From the NCBI GenBank assembly GCA_964434115.1, contig CAYSSX010000002.1, forward strand, positions 137,680-201,679: 64,000 bases of DNA, read 5' to 3'. Source of the stretch: an uncultured bacterium (GTDB lineage Bacteria > Omnitrophota > Omnitrophia > Omnitrophales > Aquincolibacteriaceae). Below the pieces are notes generated by a model. The model was not told the DNA's origin, searched no databases, and saw nothing but the letters and a program-made list of their open reading frames with translations. Shown here in pieces: positions 20,301 to 24,344 of the stretch. A program made the position numbers and the translations under genes. Position 1 is the stretch's first letter; each line of letters opens with the position of its first letter.

Positions 20301-22335
20301 TGACCCTAACATGTCGGCCATGCTGGAAGCGACTGGCGCGAACAAAGTTGTTGTTGAGGTCTGGAATTCTTTCAAGGGAAAATTGAGCGGCGTGTCTCAC
20401 CGTGACGGTAACTATGCAGGATCTGTGCTTGTGGTGACGGCCTTTATTAAGGCCGGAGAAAACAAATACCCTACGGCCGAAGAGATCAATAGGGCTTTTG
20501 AAGATATTGCCGCCAGGGAAGATCTCAAGGGGATTTTGTCCTACAAGCCTGGTGTGATTTCAACAGGCCAAATCGCAGGAGACAGGACAACGTCGATGTT
20601 TTTGCCCGAGTTTACGAAAGTTGAGATCGGAAAAAACGGAGCGGCAGTGACCATGGTTGTCGGCTATGACAACGAAGCCGGATATACCAACGCGGTCATT
20701 CAGTTTGATCAGCTTCTCGCAATGGCGGCTCGCGGAGTGACTCCGCCTGCGGGGCTGGGAGCAGTGGATGCCGCGAATAAAGCCTTGGAAAATAAAATTT
20801 ATATGCAGCGGTATGAAGCACTTCTTCACAGGGTTCGAGGTTATCTGAACCTTAAAGCTCTCAATCTTGAGCAAAATCAGAGGGCGGCTTTTCTGGAATC
20901 CCTGCAGCAGCTTTTGGCCGTCCTTCAGCAAAACACAACGTCTGCTGGAGGGAATCGCGTGTTGGAAGCGGCTCGGGATGCTTTCAGCCAAGTTGAAAGA
21001 ATTGGAACTGCCGAAAATACGGAAATCCGGCAAGTTGAAAATGATCTTGAGAATACCATTTTTGAAATTGAAGACGCGCTCAACGGAACCCAGCCGCGCA
21101 GCGAACTCCGCAGCATTGAACTCGCAATCGAGGCTCTTGGTAATCTCGGACTCAGCATTTCTGATCAGGACCGGATCCGGTTTACCTCTGTGGAAGACGC
21201 TGCACGATACGCGGATCAGCAAATACGGGTTAACTTTGCTTCTCTTGATCTGGCTGGATTGAAATCGCGTGCCGATAAGCTGATACGCGAAGGACACACC
21301 CCTTACCAGGGACGCGAGGCGATTGAACGGGCGGTTCGCGAACTCAATGAGATCCGCGGGATTGATGCGCCCGCATTCCTCAATCACTTGGCAAATTTGG
21401 TGTCAGACCGGATTCGCGAAATCGGTTCAGCGCGCTCCGAACTCCGTGACCTTTCTCCTGCAGCGCCTGCCTTTGAAGACTGGAAAGCCAGTTACCAGAC
21501 AGCCTTACCGTTTTTAGGTGCTGATTACGAAAGCCGCCGCTGGGTCGCTGTCCACATGGCTGACGGCCTTTTTGCGGTTGTGCCCGCGGCGCTTGAACCC
21601 ATTATTCGGGATGCGGCGATGCAGTTTCTCAAACAGGATTTATTTTACTTTGATGGAAACTTTGAAAGACCGACAGATGCCTTGGGGGTCCCGGCTTCCA
21701 CCCAGCCTTCGGCCAACCAGCCTGGGCTTGAGATTTCAGTCACCCGGAAAATCGAAGACGCTGAAACGCATTTTCTTGCTGTGGCCACACTGCTGGCCCG
21801 GAAAGATCAAGCCTATGTTCATGAACTGCTTTTGGATGGCGACCCCGAAGAAGCGGCTCGTCTCAACCAGGCTTTTCGGGAGGAGTATGGTTACACAGGT
21901 TTTGCCGGCCGGTATCAGGTGACGGCGGTTTCTTCCAAGGATCTTGGGAAGAAAATTCAAGGGCTTGTCAGCGGGGTCTATAACAATGTCCGCTCTGCAT
22001 CGGACGCGGCCAACCTTCAGGATTTTATTGCCCGGCATGTCGCTTTCTCAAGCCCAGACCGCGAACTTCTTGTTAAGGGACTTGTCAACACAGGGTGGCT
22101 TATTCACGACGACTTGGGAAATCACCCAGGCATTATCGCGGCCCGTATGGACCGCTCGGTTTCTCTTGCTGCGGGACAGCTTGAGCCTGAGTTAATCCGC
22201 AAGCTCGGAGAAATTGCGGCTCTCCGGAAAGTTATTTCAGCGTCCGGGGAACTTTTTGCGGGGATGAACCTGCAGCTGATCCAGGACCTTTGGGACAATG
22301 CTGTGAAGCAGCGCTGGTTTTACAAGTCAGCATAA
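8212..22335 (+). CDS. Giant secreted multidomain protein (4707 aa) with a mosaic of metallophosphoesterase-, PPDK/PEP-synthase- and GAPDH-like modules plus coiled-coil and HEAT-like regions
   Basis: Single uninterrupted 14,124-nt ORF with RBS AAGGAA upstream. N-terminal signal peptide MKVSRNSSRFTYFLKTTSAVVAVFFTVNTVFA|AAP. Internal modules are listed as separate features below. Confidence 0.8.
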   Translation: MKVSRNSSRFTYFLKTTSAVVAVFFTVNTVFAAAPISINGGAMTSSAVNLGADSFSWFEGLQVPESFGRIESRYWPKETAVKGPAVIHIQDAHANPEAQRHIAELLGDLEARGIVSRISVEGAAGPLHPEILKVSSRSDINLKMADYLLELGELSGAELFALKHPQAPEILGAENTDLYRQSYQTFEKVKRAEVLIRPVLDTYAKELERLQIALFPKELHEYVIRSNEWHRSQERSFRYFDLLARYGREYLGLDFHDARLQFEWPMFVRLMALQDMESKIDSEKSRSESQEIVKALNASGNKISTQDREAFDFLSKKIKVLFDNPSETAAFVPDSRYSEIESIRSLMEFLKRKSQAARLELSLYPDFVKRSGVLILREEIDARMLFSEMEKVERQLEEKMSVSDAEKSLLKTARDFRLLEKLLSLTLTREEYETFSSRVQDFQPAAFRERFRLLDRELKQEKDYPLLSSETVTAAAEFYKLSRSRDEILLDQALSGASGQAVVLVTGGFHSQGMTDLLKERKIPHVVIAPKITTAGEDGLYDKVMMGGHSSSEAPANPALGTLAKMILSQLPSVYGVLQPGTRPEEQAALIFRGLRDAALPALREQGVPEQVIYDELSRWVSQTGVFSGTDFQVSFDSAASRVSLSGAASVETALRSELRMAPEPDTLAWIAANLPEDANRQKVVEAITALNDRKEKDYAEANGAYTGMSLSDFLLQNTAESIPDLDGLIRDVSRIEGLVQEVYSSFGIGGLSLAHRAAFILGAFSQAEFPVIHEALQTAYGAIRFDEHRYSEDLSAEEYARLARKFSEAVSRETVQENLLIRAALTEYVFNIPAQARRALEKENLVNELIRELQEPGKGRVPNLTFLTDLHGSTKVGSFIAFALGIDDYAGITSPQELERRLVADWQKKNPGAPEKSLNEILEERNVLIVGGSDYVDRGPKPYWGFQFNKWLREHGLLKFINGNHDLWKDWNVVGMHLRVHDTLRDIAASGKFNEADLAANIERIQRFVTTAGWDPEKDRTKFEDTEAQVREIMKTFMLGMQQGAVTDALIETVADAIIDSGNNANHSLEWWAREWGIHGGWFDTFLDQINEELINEAINAANIVISQEANAPRVMAMFKDESLLPEEIRPYVAAWREKLKAGKPMFDRVEASLFSKGEDVKTLKAEIERIKKANAEIRSANEKLAAEKRFGEMSPQHKVPSAFELTAKAAQAEMSRIKKALETLNDLLPGLNLPVPESEVVTQQNYRTNPSVAETALWDWKNFRLLYTDVYDNVYVHGIIPVDVEKLDFNVTYTNPQGEVFRGIAAIERIQYEVRSFFEKYDALPDTPEFRAELDAKLGAAFQVLNEWYSDVLGFLKPESIQGFLKSGGAKSYPFGQGSDLSPRQFKGALGAMHVGHVESAKLRKQKMSYWIGGMEGGLLHGDFEMSEGYSGLGAIIQWFRRDAAGKLLGFSRFGYKESVSFYNNQIKEKEKKLKEAAAVTAKARTDQKAELEIQGLEAAELKLRQDIEALKVQREALVSRGEQMEDITFHDDLLPADAEKIRPYKAGGDLARYYIDRFLRENIESYRSLKEEASKVGNKERAAFYERREQDVRERLKSFRKQESERMLDVLSGWNSGALQALAAARAAVGRQDYAAAAAALMPLTQSQDAGEDFTAALKQTAQALELFSRAELRGEDFVPQSELVLSDMAGSPAQVLGLFAAAQIASPKQARSELRSFDDDEEVVLSAELQNLFRDGLGMDPATFSREENKNILKSSEVFEFLINNPLFTGARKDQLRSIFQGNLTSWENLAAALLAARLAQPGLPDPGVEYRADAVFTLKMMERLGWELSSAAALRKPIEERARNLVKVYGAFTVSDSDFLATAAKALYRVVGNSFHATELIFDTTALTEQERHTVEQVQPFLEYIQNNNGFFGDRLGDLWQIFHNHLTSPSDMAKAFIESVEVSFKAPATSETPLIPDDAVHGHALKLIKSLLTLIPQDQSEIRLQALEKARAILSSDHTYHVVLSAIEVFDAIGTPALQDLVLYSAPSIPADYRKNAIWALARHRDAAVPYLAKLIMEEPEARSRNALAELLQRVSRESEYAPEPVMRRDVFDFFIGDRKIAEQLFALMGGQLPFYRQFINSSWLIPFDTKDRLNVLRARVALLQKFKGHFTASDFSTLLETWGFDSVSYWAERVDFTAQREHFQFLINLPRLDKSISPVSEAIQISRRDHTPEHTRSILLLLLEGGVLSGGGIGALIDLIRENPRDSVEIMAFLIVALKLQDFDFGEDGVVQRRISQLLHSNIGPVYFMARKLAKSIPHATNTSAGLEAGIRAPIAELDDSLGHGNMLFYFLRMEFHRAPSTGDLEVMRQTLRLMLDLHHPVPEKRIKSSDVDRVIRVRMQDLVRNVLHTRVFPAFKAPLVEQAAWFIGREVMNMGGTENDSPDYLLEHPPTWANFTDEEKQSEGYRAAQLLIRTFIGLRDRYVLNPRAIEFMNTGGAAKLASEGDVLGALRALQDWRQGMKQSLLTPSEMEDQWEMYIKRHITVNDFGYVSNSSYGNYSEAKFNEFERDRVLERFAENLHDEFLARLFPQYQESISQAAQAQTPAETKPETVLPESIREPLKNILLALRALVNQMAMDGIANERLVTLMRVLETESLDVRQAANIIALMQDESIRMYDFFNFHFSDYPKQLALTLGKERVFARYRKDNDDELTDKQWASRAQETLLADMNAEEKTISTLKRYLESLQVVFGSLKAQERQLLNPIPLIVGDLPVYSSSFDPETVSPVKVGSKAYELLTLKASGYPVPALSVLPSELPRTTKLAVANPMFRFSVLRSLLELEKESGRVFPFPSEGLTDAEKEQVRVFRQGYAFNPDAPPLSISIRSGSFYSMPGMMDTVLNMPFNEAIRDELIRRGEPEVFVLDNYRRFLSAYAISRYGIDSRFFSEAIDELKQKAAQRLGRSASAITIAQFNVEELKEVIQKFEEIISSRVSGFELEDPFTQVLKVTMDVYKSWNSNGATRYRQTFGISERFGTAVIYEQMVYGNRGSNSGTAVVISSDPAMGKHYMSGAWKFGGQGTELVSGMTGDYIALTHHEGQGQSLEAINPALFSEVRQVVEKLDRDRGPQDIEITAEDGKVYLLQTRPMVLSGKAPKMVLEPEQSARDAAIPAVQGVPVSPNAAVGRMVNARNLSIPKLKGIITELRRKMDEAGEEDLGIILVSDYVNDDTAAAILDVNSELGHRGITGIINSKVGVSSHAGLIARRLGIAYVSDVEGLEFNDVSGVTRLADQDLKFGMAGLVLSIDGYSTLQSEHSGKVFLGEVTHRFAKGSPTLGDRDEEIITQEEKPAFSYDPEEKPVLTKEPVRLAVNLGAFRVDKQGQSTGVLESNFDLSRAKITNTVPNRVFDAFLRSLVGNPNFSLTDIYGVEDAEKFFAFLRGNIAHGVFDINQMDVHKETDFWVLTLNGHNIRIHEAPAAPGILNQKVEYLIDFSDPDLTRETNEQREQRLKALQGGNLKRVFAFSGDEDPAARVLTPGINTQEFTDAQNLFLPLASPLTLAAAQVLSVIEKAFPGEFDVFSSVLATRPLSGEAGNIAFIRDKQFGSALKGLFPQIAPEVPGSPATMFEFDIPKGAGNVRLFLVPKPGSKFEQVKSLGKDEKAAMIKVLQKEINKAVETAAKGSLAPFLRYAGEEHLSSLTALRDTHAVVFDSQATAVVEGGKVELYFHMNDIGYAAALSKTLESFLAVDAEPIEALAKPLFAKQAAQGIWRTGTIAPNQIIQTPRFVAAGDEIGFGIIGVRGRIGKQVHQLLASNPNYVPEFWIGVQDIDTLIQQFKEDVGQGPADVVRDDEVYELEKGKDENKDHVLLKNKKTGAYLLNPKTNKPLAIPYYNITMKAQGDPEAFERHLRETLGDAIDRIETLFNAAGFGLDRNDPYYDAFLGGAKLKRIVLTAPAKGEVDVTVVRGVNESALAKAVENTEGQVLFCSAASCTTNGLGRALIEFVGILENAGFPADSVRFITHHAMTPSQGALFGAASAGKSQRTANDPNMSAMLEATGANKVVVEVWNSFKGKLSGVSHRDGNYAGSVLVVTAFIKAGENKYPTAEEINRAFEDIAAREDLKGILSYKPGVISTGQIAGDRTTSMFLPEFTKVEIGKNGAAVTMVVGYDNEAGYTNAVIQFDQLLAMAARGVTPPAGLGAVDAANKALENKIYMQRYEALLHRVRGYLNLKALNLEQNQRAAFLESLQQLLAVLQQNTTSAGGNRVLEAARDAFSQVERIGTAENTEIRQVENDLENTIFEIEDALNGTQPRSELRSIELAIEALGNLGLSISDQDRIRFTSVEDAARYADQQIRVNFASLDLAGLKSRADKLIREGHTPYQGREAIERAVRELNEIRGIDAPAFLNHLANLVSDRIREIGSARSELRDLSPAAPAFEDWKASYQTALPFLGADYESRRWVAVHMADGLFAVVPAALEPIIRDAAMQFLKQDLFYFDGNFERPTDALGVPASTQPSANQPGLEISVTRKIEDAETHFLAVATLLARKDQAYVHELLLDGDPEEAARLNQAFREEYGYTGFAGRYQVTAVSSKDLGKKIQGLVSGVYNNVRSASDAANLQDFIARHVAFSSPDRELLVKGLVNTGWLIHDDLGNHPGIIAARMDRSVSLAAGQLEPELIRKLGEIAALRKVISASGELFAGMNLQLIQDLWDNAVKQRWFYKSA
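10790..11500 (+). other. Calcineurin-like metallophosphoesterase module within the giant protein
   Basis: Ordered motifs D870-L-H-G (FLTDLHG, nt 10819-10830), GGSDYVDRG (GD-x-x-D-R) and G964-N-H-D (INGNHD, nt 11101-11112). These match the metallophosphatase signature DxH..GDxxDRG..GNH[DE]. Confidence 0.6.
16530..17630 (+). other. Pyruvate phosphate dikinase / PEP synthase-like nucleotide-binding (ATP-grasp) module within the giant protein
   Basis: VGSKAYELLTLKASGYPVPALSVLPSE (compare GGKGANLAEM..GLPVPPGF), SMPGMMDTVLNMPFNE (PPDK hallmark SMPGMMDTVLNLGLN), MVYGNRGSNSGTAVVISSDP...GE.LVSG and LLQTRPM. Confidence 0.65.
17690..18140 (+). other. PEP-utilizing-enzyme mobile (phosphohistidine swivel) domain-like module within the giant protein
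   Basis: GITGIINSKVGVSSH(3243)AGLIARRLGIAYVSDVEG resembles the GGxTSHAAIxARExGIPxVVG phosphohistidine motif. The candidate His codon is at 17938-17940. No PEP/pyruvate-binding TIM-barrel domain follows. Confidence 0.55.
19520..20720 (+). other. Glyceraldehyde-3-phosphate dehydrogenase-like module within the giant protein
   Basis: Gly-rich NAD-binding start FGIIGVRGRIGKQV. Active-site motif SAASC(3975)TTNG (ASCTTNC, Cys codon 20134-20136). FITHHAMTPSQGALFGAAS (compare TVHAxTxxQxxxDGPS). VVGYDNEAGYTN (compare WYDNEWGYS). Has a ~40-aa insertion in the N-terminal lobe. Confidence 0.7.
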
Positions 22336-22436
22336 GCGCCGAACCATTTTCTTTTTCGTCTTTCCGGTATGGCCGCAAGAAATCCGCTTTATCTTTTTGG
22401 AATATGTCCGATGAAAGCTCCATACGGAAAGGACCT

Positions 22437-23171
22437 ATGCCCAAGCGTCAAATCCTCGTCCTTCAGACTAAAACCAGCCCATGGAATGAATTTCTAAAAG
22501 AATTTTTCCAGGATACGGCATCGGAACTGTCCTTTTTTCAGGATCCTGCCGCCGTAAAAACGGCCTTGGAGCGCCAGCCTCACGAAATCGTTTTTGCCGA
22601 CCCCGCACTTGTTTCTCTTCCTTTGTCACAGGCCTTAGAAGTCGCGCGGCAATCGGGAAGGGATGTCATTGTTTTTTCAGCAGGAGCGGCACAGCCGGCA
22701 GCCCGGTTTAAATTCGATGAGAATTTTCCGGTTATTCCTGAAATGCTGGAATTTCAAAAAAAACTGCTTCGGTGCCTCCGGTTCCCCGAAAAGATTCATG
22801 TTCTTGTCGTGGACGACGAGCTTGAAATAGGAAGGATGATCTGTGATTTTCTGGATCGCCGCGTGAAGCCGTCCTTTGAAACCGAACATGCCCCTAACGG
22901 CGCGGAAGGGCTCCGCCGCATTCTTGAGCGCGCACCTGATGTGATGGTGCTTGATATTAAAATGCCTCTTCTTGACGGCCGTGAAGTTTACCGGGAAATG
23001 CGCAAAAACGGCCTGAATGTGCCGACAATCGTTTTTTTTGACGCTGTCTTTGGAGACGAACTCGCCGAGATGCGTCTTTACGGAAAGCCCGCAGTGATTG
23101 AAAAAGGCGCCCCCCAGAGCGCCCTTCCTGAATTACTCGAACTCGTAAAAAAGATGTGGTTTTTCTGCTGA
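22437..23171 (+). CDS. Response regulator with a degenerate N-terminal receiver-like domain plus a canonical C-terminal receiver domain, and no output domain
   Basis: C-terminal HVLVVDDELEIGRMI...VMVLDIKMPLLDGREVYREMRK (CheY-like DD..D..K). The N-terminal half (ILVLQTK...) has receiver-like spacing but lacks the acidic pocket. Start is ambiguous: ATG 22437 with GGAAAGGA upstream, alternatives 22404 or 22290. Confidence 0.6.
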   Translation: MPKRQILVLQTKTSPWNEFLKEFFQDTASELSFFQDPAAVKTALERQPHEIVFADPALVSLPLSQALEVARQSGRDVIVFSAGAAQPAARFKFDENFPVIPEMLEFQKKLLRCLRFPEKIHVLVVDDELEIGRMICDFLDRRVKPSFETEHAPNGAEGLRRILERAPDVMVLDIKMPLLDGREVYREMRKNGLNVPTIVFFDAVFGDELAEMRLYGKPAVIEKGAPQSALPELLELVKKMWFFC

Positions 23172-23226
23172 CCCCGCCCCTCTAGAACTAAAAATCAGGC
23201 ATAATTGGATTGTAAGCAATCGCCAT

Positions 23227-24333
23227 GTGTCTTCGCGGCTTGGAGATCAGATGCATTGTTTAAACCGCAGGTATTATTTCCGGCTCGTTTCTCTTCTGAT
23301 GGCTTCGGTCCTTTTCTTGCAGGGCTGCGCCGTCTGGCGGCCCTTTCCGTTAGATCGCATTAAGACATCTTCTCATGACGATCTTCCAGAAGCCTATCAG
23401 GGGTACTATGATTATCCGGCTGGAGAAAAAATCGGGACGATGATCACTTCCGAAGAAAAAGGCAGCTATGTTTTGAAACGCTTTGAAGTTCCGCTTTCTT
23501 TTCCTCAGGACTTGCTCCCGCCGGATTTAGAGGAACAAAAAAAACATGTGGAAGAACTGTCTAAAAACGACCAAAAAACAGCCGGAGATTTAAAGCTGAA
23601 TTTCACGAATAGAATAGATGTTTACTACCCCGCGAAGATGAAGGCAGGGGAAAAACGGCCGCTGATTTTAATTTCGCCGATCCTTGGCGGGAACATGGTC
23701 GTCGACCATTTCGCGCGCTACTATGCAGGACGCGGCTACATCGCGGCCATTGTGCATCGCAAGCGCCCTTATCTTTCCGATAAAGCCCAGGATCTTTCAG
23801 GGGCCGAGCGTTACCTGAGAACATCTGTCATCCGTCTCCGTCAAGCTCTGGACTGGCTTGAGACACATCCTGAAGTAGACACTGATCGCATCGGGGCGTT
23901 TGGAATCAGCTATGGAGCGATTCTTCACTCTGTTCTCGCTGCTGTGGAACCGCGTATTCGCTACCATGTTCTTGCCATGGCCGCGGCGCCGCTTTCGGAA
24001 GTCATTATGGAGTGCCCGGACAAGGGGGTTTCAAAGCTTGTCCGGAAAGCGCATGAAGAGTTTGGCTGGAGTCATGAAAAGATTGAAATGGAACTGAGAG
24101 AGCATATCAAAACCGACCCTCTCTATTTGGCGGCCTATGTCCCTAAAGACAAAGTTGAATTTTATGCCGCAGCTTTTGACCGGGTGGTGGGCGCCAAACG
24201 TTCTTTCGGGTTATGGAAGGCGATGGGAAAACCTAAGTTGAAGGTGATGCCCTTTGGCCACTATGGAGGGGTGATGATTCTGCCGCTTTTACAAACGCAG
24301 TCGTATTGGGCTTTCAAAAGTCATTTCAAGTGA
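23227..24333 (+). CDS. Alpha/beta-fold serine hydrolase lipoprotein (dienelactone hydrolase / peptidase S9-like)
   Basis: Lipoprotein signal RRYYFRLVSLLMASVLFLQG-C. GxSxG nucleophile elbow GISYGAIL and a C-terminal FGHYGG candidate catalytic His. Alternative start at 23251. Confidence 0.6.
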   Translation: MSSRLGDQMHCLNRRYYFRLVSLLMASVLFLQGCAVWRPFPLDRIKTSSHDDLPEAYQGYYDYPAGEKIGTMITSEEKGSYVLKRFEVPLSFPQDLLPPDLEEQKKHVEELSKNDQKTAGDLKLNFTNRIDVYYPAKMKAGEKRPLILISPILGGNMVVDHFARYYAGRGYIAAIVHRKRPYLSDKAQDLSGAERYLRTSVIRLRQALDWLETHPEVDTDRIGAFGISYGAILHSVLAAVEPRIRYHVLAMAAAPLSEVIMECPDKGVSKLVRKAHEEFGWSHEKIEMELREHIKTDPLYLAAYVPKDKVEFYAAAFDRVVGAKRSFGLWKAMGKPKLKVMPFGHYGGVMILPLLQTQSYWAFKSHFK

Positions 24334-24344
24334 AGTTTTGAAGT

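Noticed and set aside
17320-21387. Antisense ORFs inside the giant gene (e.g. 17320..17892, 190 aa; 20560..21387, 275 aa; 19102..19587, 161 aa)
   Set aside because: They lie fully within, and antisense to, a sense frame that has clear conserved-domain content. They have no RBS and no recognisable motifs, consistent with chance open frames.
8212-22335. Considered that the giant ORF is an artefact: several genes fused by frameshift or assembly error, or a translated repeat region
   Set aside because: One frame stays open for 14.1 kb with distinct non-repetitive domain content throughout. Misassembly would not generally preserve the frame. It cannot be fully excluded without read-level evidence, so a check is proposed rather than discarding the call.
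22290-22436. Upstream extension of the response-regulator ORF overlapping the 3' end of the giant gene (track start 22290)
   Set aside because: It overlaps the giant gene by 45 nt with no RBS. Downstream ATGs at 22404 and 22437 are more plausible, and 22437 has a purine-rich RBS.
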